Positions 1 to 11,469 of a DNA stretch of 64,000 nucleotides are shown piece by piece. The DNA lies in assembly GCF_018350175.1 (NCBI RefSeq), contig NC_058368.1, forward strand, positions 25,670,001 through 25,734,000, given 5' to 3'. The position numbers and the translations under genes were made by a program. The DNA comes from Felis catus (lineage: Eukaryota). Every line of letters starts with the position of its first letter. Within the stretch, counting starts at the first letter, position 1. Under the pieces are notes generated by a model, which was not told where the DNA came from, made no database searches, and saw nothing but the letters and a program-made list of their open reading frames with translations.

Positions 1-316
1 AAAACCCCAAATGCTTTTTCCTCCCCTCATAAATTTACACCTCCACTAAGAACGTTTAGTTAACACTAACTATATACGGACTAACCAAATATATGCTTAT
101 ATTTTAGTATCTACTGAATGTTATTAGTTATGTTGATATCATCTTGTTATAAAATGTCAGTTATGGTACATAATCACATTAGTTATATAAACGATGCTAG
201 TTACACTGTGACCTTTTTTGAAAATTTGTATTTATTTATCTTGAGAGAGAGCATGTGTGCATGCTCCACATTATGATCTTCTGATGACACATTACCACAA
301 AAATAAAGTCCTAGTT

Positions 317-480
317 GGCTGAGTGTCTGACTCTTGATTTCGGCTCAGGTCATGATCTCATGAGATCAACCCTCGTGTCAGGCTCTGTGCTAATGGCACA
401 GAGCCTGCCTGAGACTCTCTCCGTTTCTCTCTGCCCCACTCCTGTTCTCTCTCAAAACAAATAAACAAACATTAAAAAAA
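317..480 (+). mobile_element. Can-SINE, 5'-truncated
   Basis: tRNA-like body, CT tract, A tail; TSD aaagtcctagtt at 305 and 481. Confidence 0.85.
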
Positions 481-1060
481 AAAGTCCTAGTTCAAAGTAA
501 GGTATTACAATTGTAAGACATTTAGCTAATTATGTATAGCACATTGTTATGAACAATTATAGCAGCTTAAGACGGACAAGTACATTGGCAATACTGGCTC
601 AAGTTAGTTTAGTTTTTTGCTTTTTTTTTTTTTTTTTTTTTAAGCAAAACTACCATTACGAGTAAAAAAGCAATATACAAAACTGTCTGACTTCTATTAA
701 ATATTAAATGCGATGCTTGTTTCTGTCTTGCTTTGATCAGTATAAACATCAGTGTGTAAAAGCCGTACTTACTAAGCACCTCAACTTGTCTTCCCAAATT
801 TCTATTAGGATCTTCTAACCCTCGGGACTTGGGCACACTACACAGTAGACTCTTCTCTTCTATCTGAAAGGCTTTCTCATCAGCACTGCTTAAGACATAC
901 AAATGCATATTAGAATTACCTCTCCTACCATACTCAAGCACCCAACCACACACACATTGCCATTATTAAACTTTTACTACAATTTATTAATGTATCTATC
1001 TTACCTTCCTTGTCAAAATGTACAGTTCAAAACAGTACTTAATTACGTGTTCTATTCCTA

Positions 1061-1260
1061 TTTTTTTTAAAATGTTTTCTCTATTTTTGAGAGAGTGAGT
1101 GAGCACAAGCGGGGAAAGGGCAGAGAGAGGGAGACAGAGGATCCGAAGCAGGCTCTGTGCTGACAGCAGAGAGTCTGATGTGGGGCTCAAAGTTGTGAAC
1201 ATGACCTGAGTCGAAGTCAAGAGCTAGATACTTAACTGACTGAGAGCTACCCAGATGCCC
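1061..1260 (-). mobile_element. Can-SINE
   Basis: Reverse-complement SINE body; flanking tgttctatt repeats. Confidence 0.9.
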
Positions 1261-1800
1261 TGTTCTATTTCTAAAACAAAGAGATGACCAAAAAAAATTC
1301 CATACATCACTATGTTTGCTCTTCTGACCAGGTTCCTTTCTGCCAACAGCTCTCAAAACATCTCACCTTCAACATTTTGATGTTTACACATAAATCTCTT
1401 TCTCACCCCATCTTCATTCTTCCTCACACTGTATTATAAACAGTACCTCCAGCTTCTTCTAAATATGTATGTTTACACTTTCTCACCAGCCACCTTCCAA
1501 CCCCAACAAAAGCCACTATTTCAAAGGGATATCACATCTCTACCATCTCTCAACAGACTGTCAGAGGCAAGTCACGCTGTATCCCACAAGTGCCTGTTCT
1601 TAATTAACAGAGAAAACAAACATACAAAGAGGTAAATAACAGTGTACAGGAAAAGCTGCAAAGGAGAGATGAGTAAAGTACATGGGGAAGATGGGGCAAT
1701 TGCCTGGAGGGGTAGAGGAAGGCTTTTCTGGGGAGGTGAAGGCCTAGTTAGGAGTTTGTTGTACAAAGTGGGACAGAAAGAAGGTGGCAAATTCCAAGAA

Positions 1801-1900
1801 TGGGGGGGGGGGGAGGGAGAAAGAGGAAATAATGGAGGGAGAAGAAGGAGGGAAGGCCCAAAGGGGAAAGAAGGGAGGGAGGGAGGGGAAAAGAGGTGAA
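1801..1900. repeat. Polypurine G/A-rich low-complexity tract
   Basis: G12 followed by GGA/GGGA runs. Confidence 0.8.
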
Positions 1901-2006
1901 AAATAAGTGTTTAAAGGTTGTTAGGTCAGGCTACAGAAGTTCTTCTAACCAAACTTAGCTGTTAGTCATTTGTTGAAACAGGGAACTACAGGAAAGGGCT
2001 CACTTT

Positions 2007-2220
2007 ATTTATTTTTATTATTATTATTTTTTAACATTTACTTATTTTTGAGAGACAGAGACAAAGCATGAGCGGAGGAGGGGCAGAAAGAGAATCCAAA
2101 GGAGGTTCCAGGATCCAAGCTGTAAGCACAGAGCCTGACGTGGGGCTCGAACTTACAAACCGCGAGATCATGCCCTGAGCCGAAGTTGGACGCTTAACTG
2201 ACTGAGTCACCCAGGCGCCC
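2007..2220 (-). mobile_element. Can-SINE (felid type)
   Basis: Full body; TSD caggaaagggctcacttt at 1989 and 2221. Confidence 0.92.
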
Positions 2221-2255
2221 CAGGAAAGGGCTCACTTTAAAATGAAAATTAACTC

Positions 2256-2554
2256 GGGGCACCTGGGTGGCTGAGTCGGTTGAGCGTCTGACTTTAGCTC
2301 AGGTCACAATCTTGTGGTTCATGAGTTTGAGCCCCGCGTTGAGCTCTGTGCTGACAGTTCGGAGCCTGGAGCCTGGAGCCTGATTCAGATTCTGTGTCTC
2401 CCCCTCTCTTTCTGCCCCTCCCCTGCTTGTGCTCTGTGTCTCTCTGCCTCTCAAAAATAAACAAACAGTAAAAAAAAAAAAAAGAAAAGAAAGAAAAATA
2501 ATTGCTTATAAAAATAAATAAACACATCTTCTTCATTAAAAAATAAAACAAAAT
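2256..2554 (+). mobile_element. Can-SINE (felid type) with extended tail
   Basis: ggggcacctgggtggct start; TSD aaaatgaaaattaactc at 2239 and 2555. Confidence 0.92.
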
Positions 2555-3280
2555 AAAATGAAAATTAACTCTGACCACAATAAGGAGAATGAATCAGGAT
2601 AAGGAGACAGAGATGTCGGGGAGAACAATAAACAAGGGATGAAGAGAAGCTACACATACGAGTGAGTGAACTGAGTGGACGGGCAGAATGGTATGTGAAT
2701 TCAGTAGGTACACATTTGATGCTGAATTCCAGAGAGTTCTGGAGACCTAATACAAGCCAGGAGAAACCAACATGAAAAAGCTACAAGCTGCTGGAGTGGG
2801 CAAGACAAATACCCAAACAAAAGAGCTTCTTGAACTTCCAAGGATTCCTCACTATTCCTGGAGTTTATCACCTTCTTTTCAACCCTTCACTCCCAGTTTG
2901 CCTGGCAAACTCCTCCCTGGGCTATCCTCTCCCAAGCAGAGCAACCCCTTAGTACTGAAATGAGTGGTCGCTCCATTTCCCTCATCCTTTACTCCCCACT
3001 CTCTGGCAACTCTCACTAGGCTCCAGTACTCCCACAGCTAGCTAAAGCCAGTGCTGCAAGTGTCGTGGTGTTCAAGAAGGAAAACAACCCAATGGTACTC
3101 AATTACAGTCCATCTAATACATTCAGAGCGTCTATGTATGACCTGTCAGGGACTATGTTAACTAATGATCTAGACTACTAGCAGAAACTATTAAAGAAAT
3201 CTTCAATGAAAGCAAACAAAGGCAAGACTATCACACAGGAAACCTAACTCAAGCAAAAGTTTTATGTATATGCAGAGAGA

Positions 3281-3326
3281 GTTTATTTTTTGAGAGAGCG
3301 AGAGAGAGCATGAGTGGGGGAAGGGC

Positions 3327-3367
<41 letters not shown>

Positions 3368-3501
3368 AAGAGGGAGACAGGATCTGAAGCAGGTTCCATG
3401 TTAACCGCAGAGAGCCCAAGGTGGGGCTCGAATCCATGAACTGAGAGATCATGACCTGAGCTGAAGTCAGACACTTAAAAGACTGAGCCACTCAGGCTCC
3501 C
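3281..3501 (-). mobile_element. Can-SINE
   Basis: SINE body with expanded (GA)n. Confidence 0.9.
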
Positions 3502-3585
3502 TGATTATCTGTTTTTTAAAAACAGTTTTACCGGGGTATAACTGATATAAAAGAAGCTGATCTTTATCATGTACAGTTTGATCAG

Positions 3586-3599
3586 TTTTTTGTTTGTTT

Positions 3600-3631
<32 letters not shown>

Positions 3632-3663
3632 AGGGGGAAAGGGACAGATTGGGGGGGGGGGGG

Positions 3664-3704
<41 letters not shown>

Positions 3705-3809
3705 TCCCAGCACAAAGCCCAACGTGGGGTTTGATCTCACAACTGTGAGATCATGTACTGAGCCGAAAAGAGTTGGTCACTTAAACAACTGAGCCCTCTA
3801 GCCACCCCT
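3586..3809 (-). mobile_element. Can-SINE
   Basis: SINE body with (GA)n and poly-G. Confidence 0.85.
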
Positions 3810-3881
3810 AGATGTTAAGTTTTCACAAATGCATATGCCTATGCAACTGTGTGATACTTGTTTTTAAAAACTGCTCAGCAT

Positions 3882-4090
3882 GGTGTGCTTGAGTGGCTCA
3901 GTCGGTTAAATGTCTGATTTTGGCTCAGGTCATGATCTCATGGCTCATTGAGTTCAAGCCCTTGAGTGGGCTCTCTGCTGTCAGCACAGAGCCCATTTTG
4001 GCTCCTCTGTCACCCCCCCTTCCCCTGCCCCCTGCTTGTGCGCTCTCTTGCTCTCTCTCAAAAATAAACATTTAAAAAAGAAAGAAAGGA
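3882..4090 (+). mobile_element. Can-SINE
   Basis: gtggctcagtcggttaa...caggtcatgatctc...aataaa tail. Confidence 0.9.
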
Positions 4091-4454
4091 AAACTGCCCA
4101 ACCTTACAACCTGGGTTCTTCAATGCTCAATTTTGTTTTTTCCATGAAAGAATCAACAAACTGAAACTGGATATATTTTTTTAAAAGTTATTGTCTGTCT
4201 CTGATCAATAATCTCAGGAACTTAAAGACACGTAAGTTTTATTTTACATTTTTAATAGAATAACAACTATGGATAAGTCCATTTATAGAATACACTTCTA
4301 AATTTCATATGCTAATTACTTTTTTAAATGTCAGTATACATTTGCAAACAATATAATTATACACTTTAAAAAAAAAGGAAAAACTCAACAATGACAGACT
4401 AGAAACAGTGCAAGCTACAAAAGTAGCTTTCCTATATTGTAGCTATATAACATT

Positions 4455-4564
4455 TTTTATAAGATTTCTATTTTAAGTAAGCCCTACTCCCAACGCAGGG
4501 CTCAAACTCACGACCCTGAGATCAAGAGTCTCATGCTCCACCAAATGAGCCAGCCAGGCGCCCC
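4455..4564 (-). mobile_element. Short older Can-SINE (tRNA part only)
   Basis: gggctcaaactcacgaccctgagatcaagagtc...ccaggcgcccc; ataacattttt flanks. Confidence 0.8.
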
Positions 4565-4579
4565 AGACACATAACATTT

Positions 4580-5070
4580 TTTAAAGAAGCAGCATTTACC
4601 ATAGCAACAAAAATACAAATACACAGGGCAACCCTCACCAAAAATGTTCAAACTTCTATGAAGAAAACTAAAAATTATTACTGAAAGATATAAAAGAAGG
4701 TCTGAATGAATGGAGAAGATAACTGTGTTTCTGAACAGGAAGATTATGCTAAGAAGCTGATTCTTCCCAAATAATAGGTTTAAAATAAAAAACTCTTCAC
4801 TGGAATTTTTTGAGCTTGGGAAAAAAGTTCTAAAATTAACAAGAAGGAACACATGAGTTAAGAATTCAGAAAAATTTCTTAAAGAACAACAATGCAGCTC
4901 GTGATATTCTAGGCATTAACTTATATTACTAAGCCACAATAATTAAAATGGCACCTTTCTGATATAAAACTAGAACAATGAAGTAGAAACAGACTCTGTG
5001 ATGTGTAGAAATGAAGTTTATGATAAAGTGGTTTCACAAACTTCTGAAGAAGGGAAGAGTTACTCAAATG
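4580..5070 (+). mobile_element. Ancient L1 ORF2 remnant
   Basis: A-rich, degenerate match to L1 ORF2 text (atttaccatagcaacaaaa...aaagttctaaaatt...ccacaataattaaaa). Confidence 0.6.
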
Positions 5071-5689
5071 AAGCGCTTTAGCAGAGGAAAAGCTCCACCC
5101 TGTAGTATATAATAACCGGGAAAGCTGTCAAAAAGAGATTTCTGTAGTGAAATAGTAACCAAGAGTATACTTTTAGACCTAAGGTAACAGCATAACTTCT
5201 CAAATTTATTTTGGATTAGGTAATGCAGTCACATGGTATAAAAACTGTTAAGGTGCAAAAGCATACATGATTAAAAGTAAGTCTCCTCCAGACATCTAGA
5301 TCTTTCTCTCTGGAGGCAACCTCTGACAATGATTTCGTGTGCATTCGATGACATTTCATTTTTAAAGAAGTTGTTGAGAGGAAATGTTTTGCTTTTGCTC
5401 TAGCTGTCAAATAACCGCCGTCTTAGAGACAGCTTGCCATAGGGCAATGTTATTCTTATGGAAAAGAGTAATTTGTTGGTGGGTTATTTAAGAGATAATA
5501 AATTACAATGCTTATTAATCACAGTTTCCAGTCCTTTCATCTCAACATAAAGGTAATAAGTAGAAACAGAATCCAATGATTTAAAAACTACTTTTGAGAC
5601 AGTTTACAGATGAAATAGCAATCAGGTTAAATATAGCATTATACTGTTTTTATCCATGTTATTTGAAAAGGTTCTTATCTGCCAAACTA

Positions 5690-5866
5690 GAATTTCTCAG
5701 AATGTGTTCTGAGGACCATTACATCAGAATCATCAGGTTGCCTGTTAGTGCTTATTTCTAATCCTAACTCAAAACTTACGAAGTCAAAAACTCTGGGGCT
5801 AGGCCCAACATTTTTAATGAAGTTCTCAGGTGATCTACATACATGTTAAAATTTAAGAAAGACTAG
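5690..5866. mobile_element. MER5A-like hAT-Charlie MITE
   Basis: catcagaatca...ctctggggctaggccca...caggtgat...aaatttaagaa motif series. Confidence 0.6.
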
Positions 5867-5871
5867 GTACT

Positions 5872-6070
5872 GGGGTGCCTGGTGGCTCAGTAGGTTGAGT
5901 GAATAACTCTTGGTTTTGGCTCAGGTCATGATCCCAGGATCATGGGATCAAGCCCTGGCATCGGGCTCAGCACTGAGTGCAGAACCTGCTTGGGATTCTC
6001 TCTCTCTCCCTCTGCCCCTCTCCCCTACTCACCCTCTTGCTCGCTCTCTCTCTCTTTTAAAATAAAAATA
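5872..6070 (+). mobile_element. Can-SINE
   Basis: Full body; a second SINE sits in its tail. Confidence 0.9.
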
Positions 6071-6300
6071 GGGTGCCTGCATGGCTCAGTCAGTTAAGCG
6101 TCCAACTTCGGCTTGGGTCATGATCTTGTGGTTTGTGGGTTCAAGCCCTGTGTTGGGGTCTCTGCTGTTAGCACAGGGCCTGCTGTGGACCCTCTCTCCA
6201 CCCCCCCACCCCTCCTTTGCTCGCATGTGCGCGTGCTCTCTCTCTCTCTCTCACAAAAATAATAAGTACACATTAAAAAATAAAATAATAACAATAATAA
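6071..6300 (+). mobile_element. Can-SINE
   Basis: Full body, tandem with the previous element. Confidence 0.9.
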
Positions 6301-6347
6301 AAACACTGGGTACTATTTAAAGCCATAACCACAGAAACCCTGTCTTT

Positions 6348-6568
6348 CTTTTTTATTTTTTAATTTTTTTTTTAATCTTTATTTATTTTTGAGAGACAGA
6401 GTGTGAGCAGGGGAGAAGCAGAGAGAGAGGGAGACACAGAATGTGAAGCAGGCTCCAGGCTCCAAGCTGTCAACACAGAGCCAGACACGGGCTCGAACCC
6501 ACGAACTGTGAGATCATGACCTGAGCCAAAGCTGGGACGCTCAACCGACAGAGCCACCCAGGCACCCC
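6348..6568 (-). mobile_element. Can-SINE (felid type)
   Basis: Full body; aaaccctgtc flanks. Confidence 0.9.
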
Positions 6569-7759
6569 AAAACCCTGTCCTTCTTATTCATTGTAGGCAC
6601 AGTGCCTAGCACAATGCCTGACAAAGAAAGTATCCCAGAATATATGGTGAAGATTTAATCAGTGTACGTTGGGACTGACTGCAGAATACCTCACTCTGTT
6701 ATTAACACTCAACTGATTTTGAAACTGTATGCTTCACCGATGACAGAAATTTGAATAAAGAGCAGAGAAACAAGCTTTGGCAATCAACAGCTTAAATAGA
6801 GTTCATTTAGTTGCATGACTCAGTTTCATAGCAAAGCACTCGGAAAGATGTCAGGGAATTTAATTAGCAATACTTTATTATATATCTGAGTTTGAAATCG
6901 ATGTTACAAGTGTATCATGTTAACAAGGACCGAGTGACCCAAAGGAAAGATTACAAAATGAGATATTCCACATATTTTCTAAGTAGTGACATCTGCCCTA
7001 AGCAGAACTAGGAAAGAAGCAAAAAAGAACATCTCAGCAACCAAAACAGATGTCACAAGGCCAAGCATGACAGCTTTGGGCACTTGACTCACAGGCAAGC
7101 CCATTAGACCTTCACTCAGAGTCTATTCAGTCTACTTTTGCACACATTATTCATTTTAATAGAATTTTAAAACCGGTTTCCTAGCTCACAGGAAATTAAA
7201 AACACTAAATCAGAATGAAGAGAGGGGCTGCAAGAGATAGTAACACCATCAACACGACAAAATGAAAGCTGTTAACAGGGGAGTGAAGAACTATATAAAA
7301 TAACCAAAAGAACCCAAAAAGCCTAATACTCTGTGGCCCTCTTATGAAAGGGTAAATAACCCTACTCTCTTTCACGGGATCTGAAGGCATCTCCTATAGT
7401 ATAACTCAAAAACATGTGTTCAAAAGAAAAATTAAGTTAGAGAGAAGGCTAAATTACGATCCCAATAAACTCTGTATATCAGGTATGGATGCAGGCATAA
7501 TAGGTAACATTTGAGAAAGATTTTCATTCATTAAAGTTAATTAAAAATTGTTTAAAGCTACAAACTTTAAAAAAGAATTGAGTAACAGCTTTTTGGAAAA
7601 CTGAACTATTAGAAAAAACTCATTCCTCTAGAGTTCCAGGAAGGAAAAAGACACTAATGTACCAAACCAATAAGAGGTAATTTTCAGAACAATATGTTCT
7701 TGAAAAAAGTAATTTCAGTTACCTTTGTTGATGTGGTTAGCAATATTCTTATTTTCTGT

Positions 7760-7826
7760 ATTCTAATGGTGACTGAGTGACAGTGCATATATAGCACATA
7801 CACTGCCACTCAGTCACCATTAGAAT
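7760..7826 (-). repeat. Near-perfect inverted repeat / hairpin (67 nt)
   Basis: ATTCTAATGGTGACTGAGTGACAGTG (7760-7785) is the reverse complement of CACTGCCACTCAGTCACCATTAGAAT (7801-7826) with one mismatch. Confidence 0.9.
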
Positions 7827-7924
7827 CCACCTGGGGATTATTTCTGGAAAAGTCATGGTGCTGTATTCTATAAATTATGTTCATTTTGAAAGATAATTTT
7901 TTATGATTTTAAAAAGGATATCTA

Positions 7925-8136
7925 GGGGTACCTGGGTGGCTCAGTCGGTTGAGTGACCGACTTCGGCTCAGGTCACGATCTCACGGTTTGTGAGTTCGAG
8001 CCCCGCGTTGAGCTCTGTGCTGACAGCTCAGAGCCTGGAGCCTGCTTCTGATTCTGTGTCTCCCTCTCTCTCTGCCCCTGCCCCATTCATGCTCTGTCTC
8101 TCTCTGTCTCAGAAATAAACATTAAAAAAAATAAAT
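7925..8136 (+). mobile_element. Can-SINE (felid type)
   Basis: TSD aaaaggatatcta on both sides. Confidence 0.92.
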
Positions 8137-8164
8137 AAAAAGGATATCTACAGTATATATTAGA

Positions 8165-8335
8165 AAAAACAAAACTGAGGGCTGATGGGGGGTGGGAGGG
8201 AGGGGAGGGTGGGTGATGGGTATTGAAGAGGGCATGTTTTGGGATGAGCACTGGGTGTTGTATGGAAACCAATTTGACAATAAATTTCATATATTTAAAA
8301 ATAAATAAATAAATCTGCAAAAAAAAAAAGAAAAA
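8165..8335 (+). mobile_element. Extreme 3' end of a cat-type L1
   Basis: actgagggctgatggggggtgggaggg...gatgagcactgggtgttgtatggaaaccaatttgacaataaa plus A tail; homologous to the L1 end at 54270-54400. Confidence 0.85.
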
Positions 8336-8949
8336 ACAGCAGTACTGAAAGTCACTAAAGATAACGCAAATAGAAGTATAAACTCCTAGTAATTTAATGA
8401 GCTGCAATAAAACGCCATATGGCATTCAATGTAATTATATAATAAGCATTGCAAATTCTGTGAACAATAGCATTTGGCCATCACCACACCCACCCTCTCC
8501 AAAACTGGTGTGTGTACCAGACAGTACTGGTAAACAACAGATTTGTAAAGTAATTTTAAATATTTCACATTCATGTTAGCCTCATAAAGTGTATATGTGT
8601 GTGAGTGATACTCCCATAACAAGCGCATTATTTTGAGTTGTGCATTAAAGTTTTAAAAGCTAGCAGATCGCATATAGTTTATGAAGCCGACTTAGTATTT
8701 TTCAAAACTACACAGAATGCTGCATATCAAAGAACATATTATCTACAGTGAGCAACTAAAACTCAAGGGCAGGAAAAACGTCTTATTCATCCTTTGTTCC
8801 TGAGTGTGGGGTACATAACAGGTACTCCCAGTCTACTGAATGAATAGGTTTACATACATTCGTGAAGCTTGGGTTGTGAGCCTTTGGTATTATGGTGTAA
8901 AATACTGATGGGGGTGGGGGAACTCTGCTCACTCCATAGTATTAACTTC

Positions 8950-9037
8950 AGTTTCTTTATTTCCTTCTCTTTCTCTCTTTTTCCTTCTTTCCTTTTCTTT
9001 CTTTCTCCTTCCTTTCCTTTCTTTCTTTCTTTCTTTT

Positions 9038-9089
<52 letters not shown>

Positions 9090-9092
9090 TCC
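8950..9092. repeat. (TTTC)n polypyrimidine tract, probably the decayed tail of the adjacent L1
   Basis: About 140 bp of almost pure T/C abutting the L1 3' end. Confidence 0.9.
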
Positions 9093-9505
9093 TATTTATT
9101 TATTTTACATCCAAGTTTGTTAGCATATAGTGCAATAATGATTTCTGGAATAGAATCCAGTGATTCATCCCCTACATATAACACCCAGTGCTCATCCCAA
9201 CAAGTGTTCTCCTTAATGCTCCTTGCCCATTTAGCCATCCTCCCACCCACAACACCTCCAGCAACCCTCAGTTTGTTCTCAAAAAGAGGCTCTTATATTT
9301 TGTCCCCCTCCCTGTTTTTATATTATTTTTGCTTCCCTTCCTTATGTTCATCTGTTTTGTATCTTAAATTCCACATGAGTGGAGTCATATCATATTTGTC
9401 TCTAACTTTGCTTAGCATAATACACTCTAGATCTATCCACGTTGTTGGAAATGGCAAGATTTCATTCTTTTTGATTGTTGAGTAATACTCCACTGTGTGT
9501 GTGTG

Positions 9506-9536
<31 letters not shown>

Positions 9537-10950
9537 GTATATATGTATGTATGTATATATGTATGTATGTATATACACACACACAACCCACATCTTTATC
9601 CATTCATCTGTCAACGGACATTTAGGCTCTTTCCATACTTGGGCTATTGCCAATAGTGCTGATATAAACAATGGGGTGCAAAACAGCACACCTGTAACCT
9701 TTGATTAAATACCTAGTAGTGCAATTGCTGGGTTGTAGGGTAGTTCTATTTTTATTTTTTGAGGACCCTCCATACTGTTTTCCAGAGTAGCTGCACCAAT
9801 TTGCATTCCCACCAGCAATGCAAAAGGGTTCTTCTTTCTCTGCATCCTCGCCCACATCTGTTGTTGCCTGAGTTGTTAATGTTAGCCATTCTGACAGGTG
9901 TGAGGTGGTATCGCATTGTGGTTTTGATTTGTATCCCTGGTGAGGAGCGATGTTGAGCATCTTTTCATGTGTCTGTTAGCCATCTGGATGTCTTCTTTGG
10001 AAAAAAGTCTATTCGTGTCTTTTGCCCATTTCTTCACTGGATTGTTTGTTTTTTGGGTTGAGTTTGAAAGTTCCTTATAGATTTTGGATACTAACTCTTT
10101 ATCTGATATATCACTTGCAAATATGTTCTCCCATTCTGTTGATTGCCTTTTAGTTTTGCTGATTGTTTCTTTCACCATGCAGAAGCTTTTTATCTTGATG
10201 AGGTCCCAAGAGTTCATTTTTGCTTTTGTTTCCCTTGCCTCTGGAGACATGTTGAATAAGAAGTTGCTGTGGCTGAGGTCAAAGAGGTTTTTGCCTGCTT
10301 TCTCCTCAAGGATTTTGATGGCTTCCTGTCTTACGTTTAGGTCTTTCATCCATTTTGAGTTTATTTTTGTATGGCATAAGAAAGTGGTCCAGGTTCAATC
10401 TTCTGTATGTCGCTCTCCAGTTTTCCCAACTGGAGAAAGTTGGGAGAAAGCTGAAGAGACTGTCCTTTATTCTCCACTAGATACTTTTCCTGCTTTGTCA
10501 AAAATTATCTGGTCATACGTTTGTGGGTCCATTTCTGGGTTCTCTATTCTGTTCCATTGATCTAAGTGTCTGTTTTTGTGCGAGTACCATATTGTCTTGC
10601 TGATTACAGCTTTGTAATACATCCTAAAAGTCTGGAATTGTGATGCCTCCAGCTTTGGCTTTCTTTTTCAGGATTGCTTTGGCTATTCAGGTCTCTTGCT
10701 GGTTCCATACAAATTTTAGGATTGTTTGTTCGAACTCTGTGAAGAATGCTGGTGTTATTTTGATAGGGATTGCACTGAATATGTAGACTGCTTGGGTAGT
10801 AACAACGTTTTAATATTTGTTCTTCCAATCCAGAAGCATGGAATATTTTTCCGTTTTTTTTGTGTCTTCTTCAATTTCTTGCATAAGCTTTCTATAGTTT
10901 TCAGTGTATAGATTTTTCACCTCTTTGGTTAGGTTTATTCCTAGGTATTT
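9093..10950 (-). mobile_element. 5'-truncated carnivore L1 (ORF2 3' part plus 3'UTR), frameshifted
   Basis: ORF-track peptides [17 protein letters not shown]..., WKEPKCPLTDEWIK and EILPFPTTWIDLECIMLS are the L1 ORF2 C-terminus; internal (TA)/(TATG)n at 9494-9585. Confidence 0.95.
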
Positions 10951-10953
10951 TTC

Positions 10954-11177
10954 TAATTTTTATTTTTTTACTGTTTATTTATTTTGAGACAGAGAGAGAC
11001 AGAGTGTGAGCAGGGGAGGGGCAGAGAGAGAGAGAGATGGAGACACAGAATCCCAAGCAGGCTCCAGGCTCTGAGCTGTCAGCACAGAGCCTGACACAGG
11101 ACCCGAACTCATGAACCATGAGGTCATGATCTGAGCTGAAGTCAGACGCCCAACTGACTGAGCCACCCAGGCGCCCC
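10954..11177 (-). mobile_element. Can-SINE (felid type)
   Basis: TSD tattcc(t/c)aggtattttt on both sides. Confidence 0.92.
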
Positions 11178-11469
11178 TATTCCCAGGTATTTTTTAACTT
11201 CAGTTTCAGTGAGCAATAGCATCTGTAAGTCTTTGTCCAAGTACAATACATGTAAGTATGTGTCACACCAAAAATGTGCCATTTTAAAGAGAAAATAACT
11301 TGATATTTTAAATTAACTTTGGAATGTTTGTAAATTAAACATAAGTAATTCAATTTTATGAGAATTCAACAAATAAAAGATTATTGAACTTTAACAAAGG
11401 AAAAATAAACCCGTTACTCTTCAGATAAATCTCCAAAATGTAAGAGGCTCACAGAATTATAAAAAAAAT

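Noticed and set aside
9093..10950. L1 ORF2 peptides as an active reverse-transcriptase system (also 27893-29320 and 54268-55291)
   Set aside because: All are 5'-truncated and frameshifted, with no intact ORF1/ORF2.
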